Shown: positions 36,564 through 46,657, counted from the first letter of the stretch. The stretch is DNA of 64,000 nt from Bacteroidales bacterium (GCA_035403225.1 DAONET010000009.1:5962-69961), one strand, 5' to 3'. Numbers and translations: made by a program. Notes: generated from the sequence alone by a model not told the origin.

Positions 36564-38561
36564 CTATTTCGAAATGACCATTTTATGTGTTACGGAAGCA
36601 TCGCCTGCTTTCAGTGTATAGAAATAGAATCCGGCAGGAAGGTCCCGGCAGTCGAAAGTGATGGAATGTTTGCCGGCGGTTTTCTGACCTGAATCCAGTG
36701 TACGTAAGGTTTTTCCGGTGATGTCCGTCAGCATCATTTCTACCGTTGATGCTTCCCTGATTTCGTATACAATGGTCGTGACGCCGGTGGCAGGATTGGG
36801 CATATTTTGCGATAAGTATACACGCTCCGTTTTTCCTAAAGGTTCGGTGATGCCTACAGTTGTACTTCCTTCTTTCAGGACTATTTCATCGTCGGGGTCG
36901 AAGACGAAGTGAATCGGCTTCTTGTCGAAGGTCCAGCTGAATTGTTGATAATTGGCCTCGTTCATGAAGCGGATGGTGGTATCCGAAAGGTCATCGAAAT
37001 GGATCAATATTTCCACCGGCATCTTGAAAAATTCAGGGTTCGGCTGTACCTGGGTCATAAACAGGTTCACCTTCCATTGACCGTCTCCGAGGTCTTCGAA
37101 GTTATAGGTGTTTTGATAATCAGGGTGGTTTGGTTGGAAGATCCACTGGTTGAAGAACCAATCGTAGTTTCCACCGGTAACCTGGTTCACTTTCGCCATG
37201 AAATCAGTGATGGTAGCCGATTGGTACTTATACAAGGTATCGGCGGCGTAGCTTTGCAGAACGCTGAAGAACAGGGAATCGCCCAAAGTATAACGGAGCA
37301 TATGCAGCACACAGGCTCCTTTGGTATAAGTGATGGCGTAGTTGAACAGAACATCGTTGGAAGGGGTGTTGACGGCCCAATCCGGCTCGGAGATAGCCCA
37401 GCCTGGGTTGTTGGTCAGGTAGTCGGAGGCATCGGACTCGATATCGCTTTTATATCCATCGTACCCTTCGTCTTTTTCGTACCAGAATGCTTCCGACCAC
37501 GTCGCGAAGCCTTCGTTCAGCCATATATCCGCCCAGGTAGCACAGGTGATCATGTCGCCAAACCATTGATGAGCGAACTCGTGCGCGACGACTGAAATGT
37601 ACCAGCATGACGGGCAAAGAGTGGTAAGTGTCTGGTTTTCCATTCCTCCCCAGCTGAACTGGCTGTTCAGCGTAGCAAATCCGTTCTTTTCAAACGGATG
37701 ATTGCAGAAATGGTTTGAGTACCAGGTAGCCACATCTCCGATTACATTTTCCATCTGTGAAGGGTTCTCGTTGGAGTTGTAATAAAACCGGATGGGGGTG
37801 ATAACTCCGGGTGTATTCGGATTTTCCCATTGAACGATATCCAGTTTGTAATATACTTTTCCGGTGATGACAGTAAGATAGGTGGCAACATTATGAGCGC
37901 TGACCCAATGATAGTATATCGTATCGCCTGTGATCACCGAATCGGCGAGTGCACCGTTAGAGCCCAGTTTCACATTACCCGGGACCTTGACCCTGATATC
38001 TGTTTTTGCTTTATCCGACGGTTTATCCCAGCAAGGGAACCATTTACGTGCTCCTTCCGGTTCAGCATCCGTGAACACAAATCCGTTAGAGGCGTAAAAA
38101 GCATCGTCTTCCACATTTTTATGCCCGTAATCGATCAACACTTCTACCGTATCACCCTGATTGTAGGTTTGGTTAAGGTTGATGGTCAGCATATCGTTGT
38201 TCAGGCTGAATGACGTACCTGCCAATCCGACGGAATGAATATCCAGGGAAGATTCCACTGCATTCAGGTTGATGGAATTTAGCGTGGAGTCGACTTTGAA
38301 AAGAATTTTTTCTGTTCCGGTAAAGGATTTTGGATAGGGAGAAAGGAAGCAATCGCGGATATCCAGATCGAGGGTGTATTTCAAAACATTAAAGCTATGA
38401 CCGGGCACTGACTCTTCCGCTCCCGGTAAAAGAGCCCTGTTTTTATTCGCCGATTTTTTCATAGAACAAAGTTGGGAACCCTTCATGTTCTGAATGGATT
38501 GTGCTGAAAGGCCAAGGCAGAAAAGAGCCATGATGAGCGTCAGAAGGTATTGCTTCTTCAT
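36564..38561 (-). CDS. M1 family zinc aminopeptidase with a T9SS C-terminal sorting domain (paralog)
   Basis: It has a signal peptide, HEFAHQWFGD...WLNEGF, and a C-terminus NMPNPATGVTTIVY...FYFYTL. It is collinear with the downstream paralog. Confidence 0.85.
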   Translation of the reverse strand: MKKQYLLTLIMALFCLGLSAQSIQNMKGSQLCSMKKSANKNRALLPGAEESVPGHSFNVLKYTLDLDIRDCFLSPYPKSFTGTEKILFKVDSTLNSINLNAVESSLDIHSVGLAGTSFSLNNDMLTINLNQTYNQGDTVEVLIDYGHKNVEDDAFYASNGFVFTDAEPEGARKWFPCWDKPSDKAKTDIRVKVPGNVKLGSNGALADSVITGDTIYYHWVSAHNVATYLTVITGKVYYKLDIVQWENPNTPGVITPIRFYYNSNENPSQMENVIGDVATWYSNHFCNHPFEKNGFATLNSQFSWGGMENQTLTTLCPSCWYISVVAHEFAHQWFGDMITCATWADIWLNEGFATWSEAFWYEKDEGYDGYKSDIESDASDYLTNNPGWAISEPDWAVNTPSNDVLFNYAITYTKGACVLHMLRYTLGDSLFFSVLQSYAADTLYKYQSATITDFMAKVNQVTGGNYDWFFNQWIFQPNHPDYQNTYNFEDLGDGQWKVNLFMTQVQPNPEFFKMPVEILIHFDDLSDTTIRFMNEANYQQFSWTFDKKPIHFVFDPDDEIVLKEGSTTVGITEPLGKTERVYLSQNMPNPATGVTTIVYEIREASTVEMMLTDITGKTLRTLDSGQKTAGKHSITFDCRDLPAGFYFYTLKAGDASVTHKMVISK

Positions 38562-38587
38562 AAAATCCGGTTTTTGCTTGTTTTCTA

Positions 38588-38595
38588 CAAAAATA
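38588..38595 (-). promoter_or_regulatory. Candidate -7 box (TATTTTTG on the minus strand) for the M1 peptidase pair
   Basis: The plus strand reads CAAAAATA, 26 nt upstream of the ATG at 38561. Confidence 0.45.
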
Positions 38596-38661
38596 GGTAA
38601 AATGTGTAAGCAGCATGAGGGAAGAGATGAACTAATATTTTGTCGATCAGTTCAAGGTTTT

Positions 38662-38669
38662 TATTTTTG
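38662..38669 (+). promoter_or_regulatory. Candidate -7 box (TATTTTTG) abutting the substrate-binding protein start
   Basis: It fits TAnnTTTG with only 4 nt between the box and the ATG at 38674. Confidence 0.35.
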
Positions 38670-38673
38670 TCAG

Positions 38674-40311
38674 ATGATGAAGAAAAACCTCCCGTCCCTG
38701 CTTTTGTTGGTTACTGCGCTGCTGTTGATGGTCTCCGGTTGCCGGAATGGCTTCGACCAGGCAGATACCAGTCATGTTTTTCGCTATAACGAAGCCGCTG
38801 ATATTACCTCGCTTGATCCCTCTTTCGCCCGTGATCAGGCAAATATCTGGCCGGTGAATCAAATCTTTAACGGGCTGGTACAGTTGAACGACAACCTGGA
38901 AGTGATTCCTGCCATCGCTTCCCGCTGGGATATCTCGGGTGACGGGTTACAGTATACTTTCCACCTGCGAAAGGATGTCCGCTTCCAGGATGATGCCTGT
39001 TTCCCGGCAGGGATTGGCAGAAAAGTGAACTCACAGGACGTGATCTACAGCTTCCGGCGCATCATGGATCCGGCCACAGCCTCTCCGGGATCGTGGGTGT
39101 TTGGCTGGCTGGACAAGAAGGATCCTTTCAGGGCTGTTGATGATTCCACCCTTGTCATCCGTTTGAAGGAACCGTTTCCGCCGTTTTTAGGGATTCTGAC
39201 TACCCAATACTGTTCAGTCGTACCGGAAGAAGCTGTTAAAAGCTATGGGACAGAGTTCAGAAGACATCCTGTCGGAACCGGACCTTTTTGTTTTGCTTTC
39301 TGGAAAGAAGGAGTCAAATTGGTGCTCAAGAAGAACCCCGCTTACTTTGAGTTTGAAAACGGCAAACGTTTGCCGTACCTGGACGGAGTGGCGATTACTT
39401 TCCTCGCGGATAAGCAATCGGCTTTTCTGGAGTTCGCTAAAGGGAAGACAGACCTCATCTCGGGGATCGATCCGGCTTATAAAGACGAACTTCTGACAAA
39501 ACAAGGCACCCTGAATCCCAAATATGCCGGCAGCGTGCAGCTTACCCGTCAACCGTATTTGAATACCGAATACCTGGCCATCATGGTAGATCCGTCCTCG
39601 GAAATGATGAAGGATAATCCCCTTCGGCTTAAACAAGTGCGGCAGGCCATCAACCTTTCGTTCGACAGAACCCGTATGATCGCCTATCTTCGGAATAACA
39701 TCGGCGCTCCCGGCGTGTACGGGCTGATTCCTCCCGGATTACCGGGATGCGATACCAGTAAAAAATATGGCGGGTACGATCCGGAAAGGGCAGCTGCTTT
39801 GCTGGCTCAAGCCGGTTTCCCGGGCGGGAAGGGGTTGCCTTCCATCACGCTCTCGTCCACTTCCGATTACCTCGATATCTGTAAGTATATTCAGTTCCAG
39901 GTTTCATCGCTGGGGATTGACCTGAAGATAGAAGTGACTCCTCCGGCGGCGTTGAAAGAGATGAAAGCACAGGCGAAACTTCCGTTCTTCAGGGCCTCCT
40001 GGATTGCGGATTATCCCGACGCTGAGAGTTACCTTTCTCTCTTCGTTTCCGGGAACTTCTGCCCGTCAGGACCCAATTATTCTCATTTCTCCAACACACA
40101 GTACGACCGGTGGTACCGGGAGGCGATGACTACCACGGTTGATTCACTGCGTTATAAATATTACCGGCAGATGGAAGAGTTGATGATGAATGAGACGCCG
40201 GTCATCATTCTGTATTACGATGAAGTGCTGAGATTTACCCGGAAAAATGTCAGTGGCTTGGGAAGTAATCCAATGAACCTTCTGGTGTTGAAAAGGGTGA
40301 AAAAGGGATAA
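38674..40311 (+). CDS. ABC transporter substrate-binding lipoprotein, family 5 (peptide/nickel type)
   Basis: It has a lipoprotein signal (LLLMVSGC) and the family-5 SBP pattern (ITSLDP, RWDIS.DG..YTFHLRKDVRF). The start was trimmed from 38494. Confidence 0.75.
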   Translation: MMKKNLPSLLLLVTALLLMVSGCRNGFDQADTSHVFRYNEAADITSLDPSFARDQANIWPVNQIFNGLVQLNDNLEVIPAIASRWDISGDGLQYTFHLRKDVRFQDDACFPAGIGRKVNSQDVIYSFRRIMDPATASPGSWVFGWLDKKDPFRAVDDSTLVIRLKEPFPPFLGILTTQYCSVVPEEAVKSYGTEFRRHPVGTGPFCFAFWKEGVKLVLKKNPAYFEFENGKRLPYLDGVAITFLADKQSAFLEFAKGKTDLISGIDPAYKDELLTKQGTLNPKYAGSVQLTRQPYLNTEYLAIMVDPSSEMMKDNPLRLKQVRQAINLSFDRTRMIAYLRNNIGAPGVYGLIPPGLPGCDTSKKYGGYDPERAAALLAQAGFPGGKGLPSITLSSTSDYLDICKYIQFQVSSLGIDLKIEVTPPAALKEMKAQAKLPFFRASWIADYPDAESYLSLFVSGNFCPSGPNYSHFSNTQYDRWYREAMTTTVDSLRYKYYRQMEELMMNETPVIILYYDEVLRFTRKNVSGLGSNPMNLLVLKRVKKG

Positions 40312-40324
40312 CCGCTGTCTGTCT

Positions 40325-41092
40325 TCAGATCTCGATCTTTAGTCCGTCATAAGCAAACCTTACATAATCCGGTAACTCTTTTTCCACTTCTGCCTGAAGT
40401 CCCATCTGGTGACTAATGTGGGTAAGAAAAGCCTTCTCCGGCTTCAGGTCATCCAGTAGCGACAGCGCTTCTTCGAGGTTCATATGGGAGTAGTGCGGTT
40501 TTTTACGCAGCGCATTGACCACGATTACTTTTGATCCGCGGATTTTTTCTTTTTCTTCGTCACTGATCCGGAAGACATCGGTCAGATAGGTGAAATCGTT
40601 GAACCGGAAGCCGTAAACATACTGGTTTTCAGCGAAGTGGACTGCACGGATAGGTATGATGCGCTGGAGCTGGATATAAAAAGGCCTTTTACCATAGGTA
40701 TGCAGGTACATTTCGGGGACGCCCGGATAACGGTGATCTCCAAAAGCATAGGCATAATCGCGGCGGATATCCTTCTGTACTTCTTTCGTGGCATATACGG
40801 CAGTCGGGCGTTGCAGTATGTAGTTAAAGGCCCTGACGTCGTCGAGGCCGCCGAGGTGGTCCTTATGACCATGGGTGATCAGGATGGCATCGATGGACTG
40901 GATTTTCTCCCGGAGCATTTGTTGCCGGAAGTCAGGCCCGCAATCGATCACGAACTGCAATCCGCCGGTTTCAATCAGGATAGAAGAACGCAGACGATGG
41001 TCGTGCGGATCGGTGGACGTACAGACAGGGCAGTTGCAGGCGATGACCGGGACTCCCTGTGAGGTACCGGTGCCGAGAAAGGTGACGAGCAT
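40325..41092 (-). CDS. MBL-fold metallo-hydrolase (PhnP/ElaC-like)
   Basis: It has an MLVTFLGTGTSQGVP start and the HGHKDH (HxHxDH) motif. An alternative ATG lies at 41110. Confidence 0.75.
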   Translation of the reverse strand: MLVTFLGTGTSQGVPVIACNCPVCTSTDPHDHRLRSSILIETGGLQFVIDCGPDFRQQMLREKIQSIDAILITHGHKDHLGGLDDVRAFNYILQRPTAVYATKEVQKDIRRDYAYAFGDHRYPGVPEMYLHTYGKRPFYIQLQRIIPIRAVHFAENQYVYGFRFNDFTYLTDVFRISDEEKEKIRGSKVIVVNALRKKPHYSHMNLEEALSLLDDLKPEKAFLTHISHQMGLQAEVEKELPDYVRFAYDGLKIEI

Positions 41093-41129
41093 TTTTGAGT
41101 CAGATCCCATTAGTCGATAACTTTGGATG

Positions 41130-41137
41130 CAAAATTA
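41130..41137 (-). promoter_or_regulatory. Candidate -7 box (TAATTTTG on the minus strand) for the MBL hydrolase gene
   Basis: The plus strand reads CAAAATTA, 37 nt upstream of the ATG at 41092. Confidence 0.4.
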
Positions 41138-41140
41138 TCG

Positions 41141-41148
41141 TATTTTTG
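41141..41148 (+). promoter_or_regulatory. Candidate -7 box (TATTTTTG) for the hypothetical-dapA-M14 transcription unit
   Basis: It lies 27 nt upstream of the ATG at 41176. A TTTG at 41122-41125 could be a -33 element, though the spacing is short. Confidence 0.45.
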
Positions 41149-41175
41149 CAGAGTATAGATACTGGCCAATCACCT

Positions 41176-41727
41176 ATGAACAGGATCAGGAACATTCTGG
41201 CAAAGTATAGTTTCACGAAAGATGCGACCGGTATCTCTTATCCCCGTAAGTTTACCAACCTGGCTGATGCGCGAAGCATAGGAATTTTGTATCAGCTGAA
41301 TGATGTGTCTGACTACGACATCGTGGAAGCCTTCGTTACCCGGCTTCAGAAGGACCATAAAGAGGTGAAAGCCGTTGGATACGTAAAGAACAAAGAACTT
41401 ATTTCCCGGTTTCTTCCAAAACTTTCGTACGACTTTTTTTCCCGGAAAGATATCACCTGGTATTATAAGCCGGTTCACGCCAAAGTGAAGGATTTCATTG
41501 ATAAGGAATTTGATATTCTGATAGATCTGAATCTCACGGATTTCTTTGCGTCGAAATATATCTCGGGGTTGTCAAAAGCCCGGTGCAGAGTCGGGGTGAT
41601 GGCGGAAGACAATCAACAATACTACGATCTGATGGTGGATGCAAAGCCCGGGACAACGATGGAGGAATATCTTGAACAAATCTGTCATTATTTAACGATC
41701 ATCAAAGACAATGAGACCAGGGTATAA
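41176..41727 (+). CDS. Hypothetical protein (183 aa)
   Basis: It is an ORF with coding-like composition and no recognised motifs. The start was trimmed from 41095 to the first ATG outside the divergent gene. Confidence 0.5.
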   Translation: MNRIRNILAKYSFTKDATGISYPRKFTNLADARSIGILYQLNDVSDYDIVEAFVTRLQKDHKEVKAVGYVKNKELISRFLPKLSYDFFSRKDITWYYKPVHAKVKDFIDKEFDILIDLNLTDFFASKYISGLSKARCRVGVMAEDNQQYYDLMVDAKPGTTMEEYLEQICHYLTIIKDNETRV

Positions 41728-42604
41728 TAAATTTAAAGGTACCGGTGTGGCTATCGTGACTCCGTTTCTGGATTCAGAAGCCATCGATTTTGATTCTTAT
41801 GCACGAATCATTGATCATGTTATCGATGGAGGTGCCGATTTCATCGTGGCGCTGGGGACTACCGGTGAGTCTGCCACCATGTCGAAACCGGAAAGAAAGG
41901 CCCTCATTGACTTTTCGGTAAAGAAGATCAAAAAGCGGGTGCCCCTTATGGTCGGTATCGGCGGGAACTGTACGACAGAAGTAGTATTGGCCATTCATTC
42001 CATGCCTCTGAAGGGAGTGGACGGGATCCTGTCGGTATGCCCGTATTACAATAAACCGCAACAGGAAGGTATTTTTATTCATTTCAAGACTATCGCGGAA
42101 GCCAGCCCGGTGCCGGTGATCCTGTATACCGTACCCGGAAGGACCTCCAGCAACATCGCAGCAGCTACCACGCTCCGCCTGGCGAATGAATGCCTCAATA
42201 TTATCGGGATCAAAGAAGCTTCCGGTAACTTCGACCAGATCTACCAGGTGCTGAAGAACCGGCCGGATGATTTCCTTGTTCTCTCCGGCGATGACGGAAT
42301 CACACTGCCGTTGATCTCGGCAGGAGCCGATGGCGTTATCTCGGTGGTTGCCAATGCCTTCCCAAGGGAATTCTCAGATATGGTCCGCGCCTGCCTGAAT
42401 AACGATTACCCCAAAGCCCGGGAAAACCATTTTCTCCTGATCGATTTCATCAACGCCCTGTTCATGGACGGAAGCCCTGCAGGGATTAAAGCCGCTCTTG
42501 AAATAATGGGGTTATGTAAGAATGAATTACGACTGCCGCTGGTCGGAGTCAGAAATGAAGTATACCAGCATCTACAACAACTCATATCTCAAATTAAAAA
42601 GTAA
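41711..42604 (+). CDS. dapA: 4-hydroxy-tetrahydrodipicolinate synthase
   Basis: It has GTGVAIVTPF, GTTGES and the Schiff-base lysine context IGIKEASGN. Confidence 0.9.
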   Translation: MRPGYNKFKGTGVAIVTPFLDSEAIDFDSYARIIDHVIDGGADFIVALGTTGESATMSKPERKALIDFSVKKIKKRVPLMVGIGGNCTTEVVLAIHSMPLKGVDGILSVCPYYNKPQQEGIFIHFKTIAEASPVPVILYTVPGRTSSNIAAATTLRLANECLNIIGIKEASGNFDQIYQVLKNRPDDFLVLSGDDGITLPLISAGADGVISVVANAFPREFSDMVRACLNNDYPKARENHFLLIDFINALFMDGSPAGIKAALEIMGLCKNELRLPLVGVRNEVYQHLQQLISQIKK

Positions 42605-42605
42605 C

Positions 42606-44321
42606 ATGAAGAAAGTACTCCTTACTATCATTATCGCTTTCACCGCTTCCTTTTTTTCTTTTTCTTTTGCCCAGGATAGTCACCAGGCTGTTATCAACAA
42701 AGTATTCGGCGAAGACGGGGAAGTGTATTTCAAATTCAATATCACGGATAGAAACGAGATCAATACGCTGACGCATATTATTTCCATCGATAATGTAAAG
42801 GATAATGAGGTTTATGCCTATGCAAACCGGAAAGAATTTTCCTTGTTTTTGGATGCAGGATATTCCTATACCATACTGCCACATCCGGGAAGTTTACTGA
42901 CGGATGCAGAGCTGATGAACCCTCATCCTGCTGATGCGCCTTCCACTGTCTGGAACTTTTACCCGACGTATGACCAGTATCTCAGTTATATGGCAGGCTT
43001 TGCTTCCGCTTACCCGGATATCTGTAAAGTAGATACCATCGGTTATACCAAACAGAACCGGCTGTTATTGGCTGTCAAGATCAGCGATAGCGTGAACAAC
43101 GAAGACGGGGAACCGCAGTTTTTTTATTCTTCGAGTATCCATGGCGATGAAATAACAGGATATGTGATGACGCTTCACCTGATCGATTCTCTGTTAACAA
43201 GTTACGGGAATTCTCCCCGAATCACCGATATAGTGAACAACACGGAGATATTCATCTGCCCGTTGGCAAACCCTGATGGGACCTATCACGGCGGAAATAA
43301 TTCCGTTAATGGCGCTATAAGGTACAATGCTAACTACATCGACTTGAACCGGAATTATCCTGACCCTGAAGATGGTCAGCATCCTGATGGAGAAGAGTGG
43401 CAGCCCGAAACAGTAGCGTTTATGGCTTTTGCCGACAGCAATCACTTCAACATGGGGGCCAACTTCCATGGCGGTTCCGAAGTTTTTAATTATCCGTGGG
43501 ACACCTGGGCCAAAAGGGCTGCCGATGATGCCTGGTGGCAATATGTCGGACATGAATTTGTCGATACCGTCCACAGCTATGCTCCCTCTTACTATTTCGG
43601 CGATTTCAACAACGGCATTACCAATGGCTATGACTGGTACACCATCTCCGGCGGGAGACAGGATTACATGAACTATTTCAAGTATTGCCGTGAAGTTACC
43701 ATCGAAATATCCAATACCAAGCTGCCATCGGCCAGCAAGCTTCTGACATTCTGGAACTACAATTATCATTCTTTACTGAATTTCCTCGAACAGGCAAACT
43801 ACAGTATCCAGGGCCGTATTACCGATACCGTGACCGGCGAGCCGCTGAGTGCGAAAGTGTTCATCTTAGGTCATGATAAAGACAACTCTTTTGTCTTTTC
43901 AAAGTTACCTTCGGGATTCTATTCCCGACTTCTGAACGAAGGGACCTATAGTCTTTCTTTCACCTGCGATGGTTATTTTTCGAAAACAGTGACTGCCGAT
44001 GTGGTCAATCATCAGCAGACCAGGTTGGATGTGCAGATGGTGCCGTTGAATATCAGCGTTGAAAACCGGGACGTAAAACATGTTTCCATGGCCTTCCCGA
44101 ATCCGTCTGACGGCAACTTCCGTCTGGTATTTCCGGCAACGAGCAAGGGACAGTCGCACGTTGAGATATATAATTCGACCGGAGCTCAGGTGCTGAATCA
44201 ATCCTATCCGGGGAATCTGTCGTCTGTAGAAATGAACCTGGGGAATCTCTCTGCCGGGCTTTATTTCATCAAAGTGGAATCACCTGCCGGCATTTTCTCA
44301 GACCGCATCGTGATCTATTAG
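42606..44321 (+). CDS. M14 zinc carboxypeptidase with a carboxypeptidase-regulatory-like domain and a T9SS C-terminal sorting domain
   Basis: It has a signal peptide, the zinc ligand motif SIHGDEITG, and a C-terminus FPNPSDGNFRLVF...LYFIKV. The start was trimmed from 42522. Confidence 0.8.
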   Translation: MKKVLLTIIIAFTASFFSFSFAQDSHQAVINKVFGEDGEVYFKFNITDRNEINTLTHIISIDNVKDNEVYAYANRKEFSLFLDAGYSYTILPHPGSLLTDAELMNPHPADAPSTVWNFYPTYDQYLSYMAGFASAYPDICKVDTIGYTKQNRLLLAVKISDSVNNEDGEPQFFYSSSIHGDEITGYVMTLHLIDSLLTSYGNSPRITDIVNNTEIFICPLANPDGTYHGGNNSVNGAIRYNANYIDLNRNYPDPEDGQHPDGEEWQPETVAFMAFADSNHFNMGANFHGGSEVFNYPWDTWAKRAADDAWWQYVGHEFVDTVHSYAPSYYFGDFNNGITNGYDWYTISGGRQDYMNYFKYCREVTIEISNTKLPSASKLLTFWNYNYHSLLNFLEQANYSIQGRITDTVTGEPLSAKVFILGHDKDNSFVFSKLPSGFYSRLLNEGTYSLSFTCDGYFSKTVTADVVNHQQTRLDVQMVPLNISVENRDVKHVSMAFPNPSDGNFRLVFPATSKGQSHVEIYNSTGAQVLNQSYPGNLSSVEMNLGNLSAGLYFIKVESPAGIFSDRIVIY

Positions 44322-45265
44322 CAGAACAATTTCAAACCGGGAGACAGCATGATCCGGAAGAGGATCAGGACGACGACGGACATCAGGATGATCGGGTAGG
44401 AGAGGCGGATTTTCCGCTGATCCTCATCGAAATAGAAGTCTTCCAGTTGCTTTCCTCTGATCATCACCGGGATCAGCATGAAAACCATGGTCAGGTTGAG
44501 GGTGATATCATACAGAGAAATGGAGGGGAGTTTGATCAGCCAGATGATGAAATTTCCGGCGAGAAAAGGCACGAGAAACTGGAATCCTAAAAATTTCCGG
44601 GTATAAAAGGCGGGTAGTTCGTTAAAATAGATGTTGGCGGAAATAGTAAAGTACCTGGCCACACTGAATCCGACGGCTATCATGCCTATGAGAGTAAGTA
44701 CCGTCACCACCATCATCACCGTATCCTGCGCATAAAGGTACATCAGCACGTATCCGAAATCCCTGTTAAACAGTGATCCCATCATGATCTCTCCGAAGAA
44801 GAAGACCATGGAATGAGCAAACATCCAAAGCACCAGCAGCCGGAGCATCCCGGTTTCTTCGGCAGTAATGTTATAGAGGATGATGAGGATGGCTCCTGCA
44901 AGCAAGCAAACAAGAGGCCCCGCGCTGTAAACAACCTTAACAGCATCTGGTGTCCATCCGACACCTTTGATCAGGAATGAAATTTCATTCAGATACACTG
45001 CCGTGGGAATATTGAAAGCGATGGCAGCCAGGGCGGTGGATAGACTGTAAATCAGCGAGACAAGTACATAAGCAAGCAAAAAGAGGAACAGGGAATTGAT
45101 GCTGATGGGGATGAAAGAGCGTTGGTAAACGGCATGGTTATTCCGTCTGGACCTGCCTGTCTTTTTGCCGGGAGATCGGAAAAGAGAACCCCGCCGGAGA
45201 AGAAACGAGATCTTCCGGTGAGTCCGGTAGATATATCCGCTTCTCCGGCGGGGTTTGTTATCCAT
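44318..45265 (-). CDS. Hypothetical polytopic membrane protein with a basic N-terminus
   Basis: It has about 6-7 hydrophobic helices and an Arg/Lys-rich first 45 residues. It lies 13 bp downstream of the alpha-oxoamine synthase gene. Confidence 0.5.
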   Translation of the reverse strand: MDNKPRRRSGYIYRTHRKISFLLRRGSLFRSPGKKTGRSRRNNHAVYQRSFIPISINSLFLFLLAYVLVSLIYSLSTALAAIAFNIPTAVYLNEISFLIKGVGWTPDAVKVVYSAGPLVCLLAGAILIILYNITAEETGMLRLLVLWMFAHSMVFFFGEIMMGSLFNRDFGYVLMYLYAQDTVMMVVTVLTLIGMIAVGFSVARYFTISANIYFNELPAFYTRKFLGFQFLVPFLAGNFIIWLIKLPSISLYDITLNLTMVFMLIPVMIRGKQLEDFYFDEDQRKIRLSYPIILMSVVVLILFRIMLSPGLKLFC

Positions 45266-45277
45266 TAAGCATTATTT

Positions 45278-46594
45278 TTAGATTATATCTGCCACCGGTG
45301 GAATTCCTCCAGTGGAATATTTCCCGTTGTCGAGGTTGTTCCTCACTTCCGAGAACGCTTTGATGGTGTAGTTCACATCTTCCAGCGTATGTCCGGCGGT
45401 GGGGATCAAACGGAGCATGATGATGCCCCTGGGCACTACAGGATAGATGACCATAGAACAGAAAACGCCGAAGTTCTCGCGCAGGTCGGTGATGATTTGG
45501 GTGGCTTCTGTCACTCCTCCTTGCAGGAAGACCGGAGTAACCGGCGAAGCGGTACGTCCGAGGTCAAACCCTTCCGCCTTCAAACCGCTCTGCAAAGCCT
45601 TCACGATCGTCCAGAGGTTCTCTCTCAGTTCAGGATGGGTACGAATGATTTCCAGTCGTTTCAATGAACCGTATACCATCGGCATAGGCAACGACTTGGC
45701 AAAAATCTGGGAACGCATTTTGAACATCAGGGATTTGATGATCCTTTTTTCTGAAGCAATAAAAGCACCGATACCGGCCATGGATTTGGCGAAAGTGCCA
45801 AAGTACAGATCCACCTGATCCATCACTCCCATGAATTCGCTTGTTCCGGCGCCGGTTGCACCCATGGTACCGAATCCGTGAGCATCGTCGATGAGCAGAC
45901 GGAATCCGTATTTATCTTTCAGCTGCAAAATACCGGTGAGATTACCCAGGTCGCCTGCCATACCATAAACACCTTCGGTGATGACCAGAATACCACCGCC
46001 TGTTTCATCGGCCAGTTTGCGGGCATGCTTCAGCGAGTGTTCGAACTTATCCATATCATTGTGCGGATATACGATACGCTTGCCCATGTGCATACGCAGT
46101 CCGTCAAGGATACATGCATGAGCATCGGAGTCATACACCACCACATCGTGGCGATCAATCATCGAATCGATGATGGATATCATCCCCATGTAACCGAAAT
46201 TGAGCAGGTATGCCGATTCTTTCTTTTCAAAATCAGCTAATTCATGCTCAAGTTGGATGTGCATGTCTGTCTGTCCCGACATCATTCGGGCACCCATGGG
46301 GCTGGCCAACCCGTATTTCTCGGCGCCGATCCGGTCGGCTTCCCGGACTTCAGGATGGTTTGCAAGACCAAGATAGTTGTTCAGGCTCCATACCAGGACA
46401 GGTTTTCCCCTGAATTTCATCCTACTGGAAATATCTCCTTCAAGCTTAGGAAAATAATAATAACCATATCCCTGGTCAGCATATGTGCCCAAAGGACCCG
46501 GATTGTTTACTACTTTTTCAAATAAATCCACAATATTCAGTTTTTGATAAGTGTTTATACTATTCGTTATTGAGTGCAAATTTAGAAATTTCAT
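45278..46594 (-). CDS. Alpha-oxoamine synthase family PLP enzyme (KBL / BioF / serine palmitoyltransferase-like)
   Basis: It has the PLP-lysine motif GTFAKSMAG and DDAHGFG, on a class I/II aminotransferase fold. The ATG at 46594 is preferred over the TTG at 46606. Confidence 0.8.
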   Translation of the reverse strand: MKFLNLHSITNSINTYQKLNIVDLFEKVVNNPGPLGTYADQGYGYYYFPKLEGDISSRMKFRGKPVLVWSLNNYLGLANHPEVREADRIGAEKYGLASPMGARMMSGQTDMHIQLEHELADFEKKESAYLLNFGYMGMISIIDSMIDRHDVVVYDSDAHACILDGLRMHMGKRIVYPHNDMDKFEHSLKHARKLADETGGGILVITEGVYGMAGDLGNLTGILQLKDKYGFRLLIDDAHGFGTMGATGAGTSEFMGVMDQVDLYFGTFAKSMAGIGAFIASEKRIIKSLMFKMRSQIFAKSLPMPMVYGSLKRLEIIRTHPELRENLWTIVKALQSGLKAEGFDLGRTASPVTPVFLQGGVTEATQIITDLRENFGVFCSMVIYPVVPRGIIMLRLIPTAGHTLEDVNYTIKAFSEVRNNLDNGKYSTGGIPPVADII

Positions 46595-46645
46595 CCGACT
46601 TAACAAGTGTTACAAAGACCTCCTTGCTATTCAATTAAAATTGTG

Positions 46646-46653
46646 TAATTTTG
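46646..46653 (+). promoter_or_regulatory. Candidate -7 box (TAATTTTG) abutting the bamD start
   Basis: It fits TAnnTTTG with only 4 nt between the box and the ATG at 46658. Confidence 0.4.
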
Positions 46654-46657
46654 CAAC

